Shown piece by piece: positions 37,927 through 49,823 of a DNA stretch of 64,000 nucleotides (position 1 is the first letter of the stretch; every line of letters begins with the position of its first letter). The position numbers were made by a program, and so were the translations under genes. The stretch comes from Malacoraja senta (taxonomy: Eukaryota), in the NCBI GenBank assembly GCA_038087875.1, contig CM075981.1:1054001-1118000 (forward strand). Reading direction: 5' to 3'. The notes beneath the pieces were generated by a model, which saw nothing but the letters and a program-made list of their open reading frames with translations, did no database searches and was not told where the DNA came from.

Positions 37927-37963
37927 CGGGCAGGGAATAAATGAGAAGAATTGGAATCCACAT
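37927..37963 (-). CDS. Gene A exon 1: signal peptide
   Basis: ATG MWIPILLIYSLP then G|gtaagt; 37 nt, phase 1; homologous to 62087-62123. Confidence 0.85.
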
Positions 37964-38055
37964 AGTTTTATCCACGGAGACCATGTTAGCACTGATCTGC
38001 TGCTCAGCTCTTAGTCCTCAGACTGAATGGTCTGACAAACATGACATGTATTAAG

Positions 38056-38080
38056 AATGAGGAAGCAGGGAACAGGAAGC
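38056..38080 (-). promoter_or_regulatory. Putative PU.1/ETS box in the gene A promoter
   Basis: aatgaggaagcagggaacaggaagc, about 93 nt upstream of the ATG; 20/21 identical to 62203-62223. Confidence 0.55.
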
Positions 38081-38384
38081 CTGATTGTGAAACCAGAATG
38101 AGAGTGCTGATAAAATCTGAAACTTTAGAATTTGAAGTTGTCTCAGTTAAATTCAACAAATTTAGTTCAGTTTACTTCAGTAAACAGGCCCTTCGGCCCA
38201 CCGAGTCTGCGCCGACCAGCGATCCTCGCTCATTAACACTATCCTACACACACTAGGGACAATTTTTACATTTACCAAGCCAATTTACCTACATACCTGT
38301 ACGTCTTTGGAGTGTAAAATAAAAGTAATCCAATTTTCCATGATTGATGAAAATAGTCCAGCCTTTTAATTTTAGTTTTTTTAC

Positions 38385-38680
38385 TTTTATAGATACAGTG
38401 TGGAAACAGGCCCTTCGGCCCACCGAGTCCGCACCGACCAGCAATCACCCCGTACACTAGCACTATCCTACACTTTAGAAACAGTTTACATTTTTTCTTA
38501 CCAAAGTCAATCAACCGACAAACCTGTACGTCTTTGGGATGTGGAAGGAAACCGGAGCACCCGGAGGAAACCCATGCAGTCACAGGGAGAACGTACAAAC
38601 TCTGCAGACAGCACCCGTGGTCACGATTGAATATAGGTATCTGGTGCTGTGAGGCAGCAGCTCTACCACTGCTCCACTGT
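38385..38680 (-). mobile_element. HE1/V-SINE-type SINE
   Basis: Reverse-complement SINE body; further copies at about 31000-31250, 38165-38320, 39290-39560, 39880-40130, 44240-44555 and 63320-63575. Confidence 0.7.
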
Positions 38681-38916
38681 CCCACCCCGAACAGTCAAGT
38701 CAAGCCAAATTTATTGTGATGTGCACAAATACTGCGAGGCACAGGTACAAAGAAAATCTTACTTACAGCAGCATCACAAGCACATAACAACAACAAAATG
38801 CTAAATTCAACATAAATTCACTCTTGGTGTTGTAATTGTCACAGCAATTAATTGCATGCTTACTGCAGGTACAGCTCTATGGAATGCCAGTAAACCAGAC
38901 TACATAAAGCTTGGAT

Positions 38917-39060
38917 AGACACAAAATGCTGGAGTAACTCAGCAGGACAGGCAGCAACTGTGGAGGGAAGGAATCTCCAGAGATGCTGCCTGTCCTGCTG
39001 AGTTACTCCAGCATTTTGTGTCTATCTTTGATTTAAAGCAGCATCTTTAGTTCCTTCTTA
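38917..39060. mobile_element. Fold-back Penelope-terminus element
   Basis: Inverted arms; 16-bp flanking repeat tacataaagcttggat (38901-38916, 39061-39076). Confidence 0.75.
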
Positions 39061-39826
39061 TACATAAAGCTTGGATTATATTTACCTCTTGGCTGAAGGC
39101 CTGTGCTAACGATCCTTCTCATATTCAAGACAGTCTCCCATGTATTATTCTTTCATCACACTGTCTCATCCCATCTGTTACTCAAATTCATATCTAGTGT
39201 GATGGCTGTTCCAATGGTCTCTCGTGTAAGTTATCATCCAAATATCAGAATGCACACTAAACTGCACTCGTTAAACTCATTTACAGAGTGATACAGCGTG
39301 GTAAAGGCTCGGCGGAAAACCGAGTCCACACCGACCACTTTCGCATCCACTCCCTACACACGAGGGTCAATTTGCAGAGGGCCAATTAACCTACAAACCC
39401 ACACCTCTTTGGGATGTGGGAGGAAATCCGCGCACCCGGAGGAAACGAACATGGTCACACGGAGAATGTGCGAACTCCACACAGACAGCACCTAAGGGCG
39501 GGATCAAACCCAGGATTCGGATGCTGTGAGGCAGCGGCTCTACCTGCTGTGCCAATGTGTGATTGTCTGACATATCCTTCAACTTACCTTGCAGGCAAGA
39601 ACAAGGATTGAACCCTGGTTAGCAGCATGGGAGCTGCATGCTTGCAAACTGGCAAGCAAACTACAGAGTTAAGTCTATGGTACTTCCTCCCCGATGATTT
39701 TTCAAGCCGACTGTGAACATCCTTCCTTGTGTGTTGGTGGGAAGGGCTCCCCAGTCAGATCCTTTTTACGTTGCTTTGTGTTGCACAACCACAGAGCTAC
39801 ACAAGGCACCTGTGCTCTGGACAAAA

Positions 39827-40516
39827 CTGTTATCCATCTACTTCTGGAGTGTGCAATTGACAAGAAAACTTTATTGATACAGCATGGAAACAGGCTCTTC
39901 GGCCCACTGAGACCGTGCCAACCAGTGTTCACCCCATATACCATTTACTGTGCAAATTAACCTACAAACCTGTATGTCTTTGGAGTGTGGGAGGAAACCG
40001 GAGCACCCAGAGAAAACCCATGCGGACACAGGGAGAACGTACAAACTCCATACAGACAGCACCCAAAGTCAGCATCGTACCTGGGTCTCAGGCGCTGTAA
40101 GACAGCAAATCTACTGCTGTGCCACTGTGTTCTACCTGAAACCCACTGTCCTGCCAGTGCAAGGTGCTCTGAGAATATGAGAACATTCTTATAGTCTACA
40201 TGTTCTTACTGAATACTTGAGAACCAGAGGACATAGGTTTAAGGTGAGGGGGAAACATTTAATAGGAACCTGAGGGAATCTGGACAGGATAGGTTTACAG
40301 AGATATGGGCCAAATTTCTTTAGTCAGAGGGTGGTGAATTTGTGGAATTTATTTCAACAGACGACTGTGGAAGCCAAGTCAATGCATATTTTTTAGGCAG
40401 AGATTGACAGATTCCTGATTAGTGGGGGTGTCAGGGGTTATGGGGAGAAGGCAGGAGAAGATAGATCAGCCATGATTGAATGGCGGACTTGATGGGCCGA
40501 AAGGCCTAATTCTGCA
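39827..40516 (+). repeat. Segmental-duplication block upstream of gene A, paralogous to 63269-64000 upstream of gene B
   Basis: Same order of unique DNA, SINE, unique DNA and CR1 fragment with shared junctions. Confidence 0.85.
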
Positions 40517-40551
40517 CTTAGAACTTATGAACTTGTGAACATTGTATGTTT

Positions 40552-40749
40552 AAGAAGGAACTGCAGATGCTGGAAAATCGAAGGTACACAAAAATGCTGG
40601 AGAAACTCAGCGGGTGCAGCAGCATCTATGGAACGAAAGAAATAGGCAACATTTCTGGTCTGAAGAAGGATTTCGGCCCGGAACGTTGCCTATTTCCTTC
40701 GCTCCATAGATGCTGCTGCACCCGCTGAGTTTCTCCAGCATTTTTGTGT
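40552..40749. mobile_element. Fold-back Penelope-terminus element
   Basis: Inverted arms; flanking repeat aacattgtatgttt (40538-40551, 40750-40763). Confidence 0.72.
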
Positions 40750-42127
40750 AACATTGTATGTTTGTGGGTTTCTGCTGCAGTCAAATTCTGAGAAAAGTAA
40801 CACCTGAAGTAGGGTCGTGACCTGAAATGTCATCTGTCCATTTCCTTTCACAGATGCTGTTTGACCCACTGAAGTGTTTTTTTGTGTTTTGCTCAACTGC
40901 TCATATTAACAGGAAGCACGTTAACCACAGCAAGATACAGCTCACACACAATGTTTCATTCCATCGCACGTTGGCCTTTGATATGCTCGTACATTGATTG
41001 GAAATGTGTTCAAAACAAATAAATGTGTATTGTAGGGTGAACAAATTAATGAACAAATATGTCAGGCCCCATTCGGTCCTTCATAACTACACCATGCATT
41101 AAAATCATAGCTTATCCTTCATCATGTCAATATCTAGTACTAGTTCTATTTCCATAGATCCTTTAATATCTAAGAAACAATTGGTCCCAGGCTAGTTTGT
41201 ATTGGAGTCATAGAGCCATACAATGCAGAAACAGGCCCTTCGGCCCAACTTACCCCCTCCTCACTGCGTCTGGACAATTGAGCCAAGGAAAACCTCATCC
41301 CTTCACCTGCACTCTCCTGCTCAGTAAGAACTTTGCATATTTCGAACAGAGTACCTCTAGAGTTGAGAAGACGTTCTGTACCAATGTTGCTAAGACCAGC
41401 ATTTCCAATCGAACTTTCTTCTGCTACAGAAATTGTCTTTTTTGTGGGATGGTTTCTGTGGTCAACGGTTAAATCTTCTTGGTTTCGGGTCTCACCCAGA
41501 AATTTGCAGTTCAGGCATTGATGTACTCTACCAGTTGGCACTGAGGTGCTCATAGGTCGTGTGCTCATGTACTGGGGAGGGACGTTGTAGACGGGAACAT
41601 TTCACGTCGACTCTGGACTTGTTTTCAGAAAAAAATATTTTTATTACAAATTCGCCAAATTTGGTTACACATGTCCTGGGGCAGATGCCCTCAGATACAA
41701 AGCATTCAGTGCCTTTCATACAACCACATCTACATTACCTTCCTCCCCTACCTCTACCTTGCATTCTCTGTGAGTACAAAAGATAAAGGATTTCATGTAT
41801 ATTGCTCTGTGCTGCTGCAAGGACATACTGTACGACAATAAAACACACTTGACTCCCTTCTTGCACTGTAAAAGGTATAAAAGCCATGAATAGTTCTGCA
41901 GTTCCACAATATCCCACAATATTTAGGCCCAGAGACAATGGGTTGCGGTGTGCTTATGCTGACCCTTGCAAGGAATGATGATGGGAGGGTTGGGGAATTT
42001 GTGGGTGGAGGGAATGAGGGTGGGTATGACAAGAATGGGAAGCAGTGCCAATTTATCATTTGTATGCATGATCTAGGCTCATTCATTATACTGGCGGATG
42101 AAAGAGATTGTGAAGGGAATGGAATTC

Positions 42128-43656
42128 ATTTTTTTTAATTTAATTTTTTATTTATTAGAAGTACATTACATTACAACCATATACATTAGTACTCGTCACT
42201 TATATCTTCTTACAATTAATGTACTCCGTTTGTTTTTTACACTAGTAAAAGGAAAGGATAAGATTGAAAGAAAGAAGAAAGGGAAGGAAAAAGTGAAACT
42301 GTAGAAAGTGTGACAACAAGACAGAACGGAGACCCTATAAGAACAAAATTAAAAACAAAAGAAAAAGAGTTAAGAAATAGACCCTAGAAAAGAAGGAGAA
42401 AGAGAAAGAGGAGAAAGAGAAAAACAAATAGTTTTTATGAGCATTACGCAAATGGGACATACCAACTTTCCAGCTATCATCACCCTTTACCTGACCTCAG
42501 TTTTTTTTTTTAAGGTACCTTTGCACCCTCAACTTCCTTAAATTAAACAGTAGCAAAACAGAATTTCTCCTCATTGGCTCCAAATCAACACTCACTAAAA
42601 TTAACAACCCCACTCTCACTATCGACGGCACCACTGTCTCCCCATCTCCTCAGGCACGCAACCTTGGCGTGATCCTTGACTCAACCCTTTCCCTTGAGCC
42701 TCACATCCGCCATGTTGTCAAAACATCATTTTTTCACCTCCGCAACATTGCAAAAATCAGATCGTCTCTCACACCCCGCGCTGCTGAAAGACTCATCCAT
42801 GCCTTCATCTCCTCCCGACTGGACTACTATAACTCTCTTCTTTTCGGAATCAATTCCAGCAGCATCAAACGACTCCAACTGGTCCAAAATGCAGCCGCTC
42901 GACTCATTACCCACACCAAATCCTGGCACCACATCACCCCAGTTCTCAAAAAACGTCACTGGCTTCCCATTTCCCACCGGATCACCTACAAAATCCTGGT
43001 CCTCACCTACAAAGCCCTCAACAACCTGGCCCCCCCTTATCTCATTGACCTTCTCTCCCCCTACCAACCCTCACGGTCCATCAGATCCACATCAGCTGGT
43101 CTCCTCTCCACTCCGAAATCAAACCTCTGCACTTTTGGAGGCAGAGCCTTCTCCAGGGCAGCTCCTAGGCTCTGGAATTCCCTCCCACAACCGGTCCGAA
43201 ATTCTGAGTCCCTCACCATCTTCCAGTCCCGCCTCAAGACCCATCTCTTCACCTCTGCATACCCTTAGTCCCATGTTCCCTTCCCCTCTGTCTTACTGCT
43301 CTATTTTGTTTTGTTTATTCCTGACTCTCAATTGTAAAGCGACTTTGAGTCCTGAAAAGCGCTATATAAATAAAATCTATTATTATTATTATTATTATAT
43401 TTGTAATAATTCTATAAATGCAGACCACATCAGATGGAAGTGATCTGGTTTACCTGCCAGGAGGAGTCTTATCTCTTCTAGGTGTAATGTTTCGAACATA
43501 TTTGAAATCCACATGTTTATAGTTGGTATTGGAGCCTTCTTCCAAAATTTTAGGATTAGCTTTTTTCCAGTTATTAACCCATAGTCTATTAGTTTCTTTT
43601 GAAACACATTTAGTTCTGGACCATCTTCCGTTATTCCGAAGATAATCCATTCTGCG
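42128..43656 (-). mobile_element. 5'-truncated L1, interrupted by an L2 element
   Basis: ORF2 end at 43395-43607 and 3' UTR/poly(A) at 42128-42528 join seamlessly by comparison with the 18831-19675 copy. Confidence 0.85.
42529..43397 (+). mobile_element. L2-type LINE 3' fragment nested in L1
   Basis: ORF 42669-43268: LDYYNSLL...LQLVQNAAARLIT...HITPVL...WLPI...FGGRAFSRAAPRLWN; (TAT)n tail. Confidence 0.88.
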
Positions 43657-43828
43657 TCACCATGATAGCATCAAACATGATAGCATTATTGATCATTCAT
43701 GCTTCCTCCTGCACTTTCTTACTTTAATGCAGGGCATTTATTGATTAGAACAGAATTAAATCTCTTGACATTCTGCAAGGAACTGAGACAAGTATTGTGA
43801 AATTATTTAAGGGAAATCAGAAACTCAC

Positions 43829-43899
43829 CCTTGGTTTTACGCTTTCGGTACCAAAAGAAGGCAATGATGAGAACACCAGGCGCAACTATGTAAGTGATC
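43829..43899 (-). pseudogene. Gene B transmembrane exon (unreachable in frame)
   Basis: ttttctgtccgacag|71 nt|gtgagt; (R)ITYIVAPGVLIIAFFWYRKRKTK; phase 2 to 1; flanking intron homologous to that of gene A exon 4. Confidence 0.78.
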
Positions 43900-45309
43900 C
43901 TGTCGGACAGAAAATAGGGAAGGGTGAAGTATGGCTCATCATTGATTCTTGGCCTTCAGTAAAGAACAAAAGTCAAGCATTTATATGGCACATTTCATGA
44001 TTTTTTTGAAGTGTGCAGCAAAGGAGATGAGGTGTAGAGTCTGTTTCGGTGGGTAACGCAGCAGCTAATCTGCTCACAGTAAGGTGACATTGACCAACGA
44101 TCATGAAACTGGTTTAAGAGCAATTGCGCCCAAACATTAAGGAACCCTCCCTCCTCCTTCACAAACAATGCATGGGAACTGTTACACTTTTATAGCAAAG
44201 ATTAGTTGAGTTGAGTTGAGTTTAGATTAGATTATTTGAGTTTAGAGATACAGCATGGAAACAGGCCATTCGGCTCACCAAGTCTGCATCGGCCAGCAAT
44301 CCCCATACACTAGATCTATCCTAAACATTAGAGACAATTTACCGAAGCCAATTAACCTACAAACCTGCATGTCTTTGGAATGTGGGAGAAAACTGGAACA
44401 CCCGGAGAAAACTGGAGAAAACCCATGTGGTCACTGAGAGAACCCATGTGGTCACTGAGAGAACAAACAAACTCCGTACAGACAGCATCCATAGTCAGGA
44501 TCGAACACAAGTCTCTGGGGCAGTAAGGCAGCATCTCTACCGCTGTGCCACCATGCCACTGTTTTGGGAGTTTTCATATCTGACAGCCAGCATATGCTGC
44601 CCCCCCTCCTTCAGTACTGCAGTGTATTACCCATTTATTTGCAGCTATCCTTGAAACCACGACTTTGTGAATACGGTTCTAATACACTGTTCCAACCTCG
44701 GTGGAGAGAATACCAGGCCAAAGAGAAAACAATACACTTGGTTCACAACAAATCTCACCCCATTTATAACTCCATCTCCACCTCCACCAACATTGGTTTG
44801 GACAGTGACTGTTCAGTTAGAGCTGTCTGGAATATGGAACATCTTCAACATATCCAGAAGGCGGCTCACCACGACCATCTCAAGGTCAGCAGTGTGACCT
44901 AACGTGCCTACCACCCAGGGTCACGTTCTAGGTGGAGACACCTCCTGCTGTTGGAGTGACTGACATTGAGACTTAGACCAACTCAGCAAGGTGGTGCCAT
45001 ACGTGATATCAAAGGTGGTGTTTTAGCCCATAATTCACTATGCATTTTCCTATCAGTACCACACCAGAGCAGGTCTCAGCAAGGCAAAGCAACAATGCTT
45101 GGGTTTGGCAACTGTAGTCATCTCACACCATGGAATGAGGTTAGTAATGGAGAAGTCATGTAGAATACCGCAGGGAACGCCCTCTGAAGGGCAACAAATG
45201 GAGGAATCTGTTCTTATCACCCAAGCATATTTATAATACCATGAGATGTAAACCCGTGCAATTTCCCTTTTGGTGAGTTAACTGATATCTGGTTTGCAAG
45301 TTATATACA

Positions 45310-45725
45310 TATTATGATAGAATAAGGTCATAAGCAATAGGAGTAGAATTAGGGAATTTGGCCCATCAAGTCTGCTCCGCCATTCAATCATGACTGATCT
45401 ATCTCTCCCGCCTAACCACATTGTCCTGCCTCCTCCCCATAACCTCTAACACCCATACTAATGAAGAATCTAGCTATCTCTGCCTTAAAAATATCCACTG
45501 ACTTGGCCTCGACAGAATTCTGTGGCAAAGAATTCCACAGATTTACCACCCTCAGACTAAAGGATTTTCTCCTCATCTCCTTCCTAAAAGAACGTCATTC
45601 TGAGGCTATGACCTCTGGTCCCAGAATCTCCCACTGGTGGAAACATCCTCTCCACATCCATTCTATCCAAGCCTTTCACTATTCTGTATTTTTCAATGAG
45701 GTCCCCCATCGTTCTTCTAAACTCT
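45310..45725 (-). mobile_element. CR1 3' fragment
   Basis: Reverse-complement CR1 ORF2 end and 3' UTR; a similar fragment lies at 58470-58710. Confidence 0.75.
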
Positions 45726-46009
45726 TGCTTTGAAGAATGTTTAAGAGATAAATGTATCATTTGGTGTCAGGCTTGAAACATGTACAAAGGTATTGGTTAT
45801 GTTTCCTGATATTTGGGTTAATTGGATCCATAGAGAAACATAGTATGGAAACAGGCCATTTGGCGCTTCAGGTCTGCGCTGACCATCAACAGCATTCACA
45901 CAAATCCTGTGAGAAGAAGAGTGGTCTAGATAGTTGTGGGAGTCAGTAGGTTTATAATAGACATCAGTCAATAGTCTATCTCCTTTGATGGAAATGGTGA
46001 GATCGAAAA

Positions 46010-46942
46010 AGGGAGGTGTTGGAAATGGTCCAAGTGCATTTGATTGCCGGATGGAGAGCAGGAAACCATTTCCTCTGCAACCCTGCTGAGTGGCCCAATT
46101 CTACTATTCCTTATGACCTTATGACCTATACCTCCCTGGTTATCTCACCCTTTCCCATCCAAACCACCCCCTCCCCAATACCTTCCCCTTCAACCACAAG
46201 AAATGCAACGACTGTCCCTGTACCTCCTTCCTTGACTCTGTCCAAGGACCTCAACTGTCCTTTCGGGTTAGAGTTCATTTGAACCTCCTCCAACCTCATC
46301 TACTGTATCAGGTGTGAACTCTTATACACCAGCAGGACCAAATGTTGACTGGGCGATCATTTCACTGAACACTTATGCTCAGTCCTCCTGGCACTATATG
46401 ATCTCCCAGTTGCTAAACACTTTAACCCTCCCTCCCATTCCCACACTGACCATTCTGACCTGGGCTTCCTCCATTGCCAGAGTGAGGCCAAATGCAAATT
46501 GGAGGACCAGCAAATCATACTTCGCTTGGGCAGCTTACTGCCAAGCGGTATAAATATTGATTTCTCTAACTTTAAATGACCCTTGCATCTCCTCTTTCTC
46601 TGTCCCTCCCCCACTCTAGTCGTTGTATGAATTTCCCTGTTGTCTTGTAGTGCCATATTGTCTGCACAACTCGTTTTCAACTAGCCCACACCTAACAATG
46701 GATCGTTTCCTTGATCATCGTTACTTTTTGCATATCTTTCATTCATTGTTTTATATCTTTCTATACCACCGTCGATATCGCTCTCGTTTCCCTGTCCCCT
46801 GACTCTCACTCTGAAGAAGGGTCTCAACCCGAAACATCACCTATTCCATTTCTCCAGAGATGCTGTCTGACTTGACAAGTTACTCCAGTTGTTTGTGCCT
46901 ATATTCAGTTTAAATCAGCATCTGCAGTTCCTTCTTACACAA
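46010..46942 (+). mobile_element. Penelope-like element 3' fragment
   Basis: Decayed GIY-YIG end followed by terminal repeat with ctgaagaagggtctcaacccgaaacatc at about 46811-46838. Confidence 0.75.
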
Positions 46943-47176
46943 TGAAAGGCAAAATATGCAGAACACACATAGACGGCAGCTAAGTTCAGGGTCTTGGCGT
47001 TGTGAGGCTGTGGTTCCTCTGGTTGTGCCACTGTGTATTCAGATCAATACTCCAACTGGTCTTTAATGCCAGTGAACAGAAGATACAACTTTCTCCCAAT
47101 TGAAGCAATCTCAATCAAAACTCTAGCAATTAGTACATGGCACCTTTCATTGGAACCAGAGTAGCTTACCTTGAAG

Positions 47177-47416
47177 GTAGACAAAAGTGCTGGAGAAACT
47201 CAGCGGGTGCAGCAGCATCTATGGAGCAAAAGAAATAGGCAACGTTTCAGGCCAAAACCCTTCTTCAGACTCCCCATCAGTCTGAAGAAGGGTTTCGGCC
47301 CGAATCGTTGCCTATTTCCTTCGCTCCATAGATGCTGCTGCACCCGCTGAGTTTCTCCAGCACTTTTGTCTACCTTCGATTTTCCAGCATCTGCAGTTCC
47401 TTCTTAAACAGTTTAG
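47177..47416. mobile_element. Fold-back Penelope-terminus element inserted at the 3' end of the gene B stalk exon
   Basis: Inverted arms around ccccatc; TSD cttgaag (47170-47176, 47417-47423). Confidence 0.8.
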
Positions 47417-47465
47417 CTTGAAGTATACTTGGATCTTTTCGAAGTTTCACAAGAATATTCAAGTC
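47417..47465 (-). pseudogene. Gene B stalk exon, separated from its donor by an insertion
   Basis: Acceptor atttccttgttccaacag homologous to gene A exon 3; (G)LEYSCETSKRSKYTS; 49 nt, phase 1 to 2; original donor AAG|gtaagc now at 47170/47169. Confidence 0.72.
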
Positions 47466-47649
47466 CTGTTGGAACAAGGAAATAAAAATCAGTTTCACTG
47501 CTTTTCACTTGCAGTTGAACAAGAGAGCATGCTTGTCCGATGTAAGGAGTCTATAGGCAATGTTTCTTCAGTGTAATTTACAGCAAATGGGAGATGTTGT
47601 CATGGTTAGCTGGAGCACTGGTTACAACTCAGGTCGCCAACAGTGTAGC

Positions 47650-48058
47650 GGCGCAGTGGCGCAGCGGTAGAGTTGCTCCCTTACAATAAATGCAACCCGG
47701 GTTCGATCCTGACCACGTATGGAGTTTGTACCTTCTCCCCGTGACCTGCTTGGGTTTTCTCCGAGATCTTCGGTTTCCTCCCACACCCCAAAGACGTACA
47801 GGTTTGTAGGTTAATTGGCTTGGTAAATGTAAAAAATATCCCTAGTGGGTGTAGGATGGTTAATAATGTGAGGGGATCGCTGGTCGGCGCAGACCCGGTG
47901 GGCCGAAGGGCTTGTTTCCGCGCTGAATCTCGAAACTGCAGGTTTGTATGTTAATTGGCTTCTGTAAATTGTCCCTTAATTTAGAATTGTCCCTAATTGT
48001 AGAATTGGTGTACCGGTGAAAGGCAGCTGCTTCCACGCTGGATCTCTAAACTAAACTG
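47650..48058 (+). mobile_element. HE1/V-SINE-type SINE with partial tandem duplication
   Basis: Head, core and ctaaactaaac tail. Confidence 0.7.
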
Positions 48059-48808
48059 GATAGATGGGGTTTTTATTCCACAGGAGAGGAACGAGGAAGC
48101 TATTACAGGTGTGCAACGCTATGAGGGACATAGATAGGGTACTTCATGGGAAATCGGCACAGCAGATGTGCGTAGAAGTTTAGAACATTGGATTGGGTTA
48201 AGGAGTAGAATATTTGGATGGTATCTGAGCAAGAAATATTTTTAGACCTAGATGGTGGAGGCACTTGAATTGTCAAGTCTGAGAAGACTATGGATGAGGG
48301 GCTGGTAAAAATGGGATAAGTATCGATGGCACTTAATGGTAACACAGTGGACCAAAGCTGACAGAGTCTAGGAGTTAACTGCGGCCACATTTACGGATAA
48401 TTTCTGTTCCCTTCCCATATTTGAGTGTCGGTCATGTGGAGATGATGGAAAGTGAAAGTGCTTCGACTGATGTCACCGCAAACCTAGTTTAAAGCTGTGT
48501 AAACATAAGAGGAAGTCCTTGCCGGGAAGCTGGCCGACATCAGCACTGGGAAATCTATTTCTGGAGCCCAGCAACCTAGTATTGACAAATGGGACATAAT
48601 TCCATCATTTTAATCTTGATAAGTTAATTAAATAACGTGCATGGATTTCAGGGTGTCGGGGGTTATGCGGAGAAGGCAGGAGAATGGGGTGAAGAAGGGA
48701 AGATAGATCAGCCATGATTGAATTGTCTATTTCTGCTTCTATCACGTGATCTTATGAACCACCCCACCCCTACTTCCCCTTCTTCCCCTCATTCCCTCCA
48801 CTACTTAC

Positions 48809-49098
48809 CAGTGCCGTTGATTTTCACTGGGAAACTGCAGGGCACGTCACTGCTGGAGATGCATCATTATTGGAGGCTGTGCAATAATATTGATGGTGCT
48901 GGTGTTTGAAGGATTGACAATGTAGATCCAGGGCATTGTTGTCTGAGATCTTTGAATCCACAGATGGGGTATTTTCATACCAGCTGTAGCTAATGGGAAG
49001 GGATCCACTGACCGACTCACAGGACACTGTCACTGAGCCCCCGAGACAGGAGACATTAGCTGGTGACAGAAATACAAGCACAGGAACAGACACGGGTT
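48809..49098 (-). pseudogene. Gene B second C2-type Ig exon, frameshifted
   Basis: 290 nt versus 321 nt for the paralogue; EPVSVPVL...VSCESVSGSLPISYSW...YYCTASN; TGA at 48826-48824; the shifted frame gives CSFPVKINGT matching CSYVTEMNNT. Confidence 0.85.
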
Positions 49099-49823
49099 CT
49101 GTGGGAAAGGAGCAAACAGTCAGACACTGAGTGAACATCTGAAAATCAAACACTCGCCAATATCCACCATCTCTGTATCTTAGCCAGAGCCGCCAGGTTG
49201 GAATCTGACCCATCCATCTACATAGAATCATAGAGTCATACAGCGTAGGAACAGGCCCTTCGGTCTAACTTGCCCGCGCTGACCAACACGCCCAATCTAC
49301 ACTAGTTCCAACTGCCCTTGCTTGGCCCTTAACCCTCTAAACTTATCCTATTCATGTACCTGTTCAAATTTGTCTTAAATGTTGTGATAGTACCTGCCAT
49401 AACTACTTCCGTCGCAGTTTGTTTCATATACCTACCAACCTTTGTGTAAAAACGTTACTACCCAGATTCTTGTTAAATCACTCCCCCCTCAACTTAAAAC
49501 TATGTCCTCTGGTTCTCGATTCCCCTAATCTGGGCAAAAGACTGTGCATTTACACAATCTTTTCCTCGCATGATTTTTTGTTTACCTGCCAGAAGATCAT
49601 CCCTCATCCTCCTGCACTCCAAGAAGTAAAGTCCTAGACTGCTCAACCCCACCCTGTAGGTCGGGCCCTCAAATCATCGCAACATCCTTGTAAATATCCG
49701 GGTGAACCTTTTCTGTAACCTTTCCAAACCTTTCACGCCTTTTGTTTTATTAAGCGGCAACCAGAACTGTGCACCAGACTCCCATCTAACAAATGTTTTG
49801 TGCGGATGCCAAAGTGGAGACAT

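Noticed and set aside
41170-41568. 132-aa minus-strand ORF as an exon or separate gene
   Set aside because: No recognisable domain, no convincing splice sites in that frame, and its end runs into a SINE tail
42676-43443. 255-aa Ser/Pro/Thr-rich ORF resembling a mucin
   Set aside because: Alternative frame of the C-rich L2 ORF2 fragment
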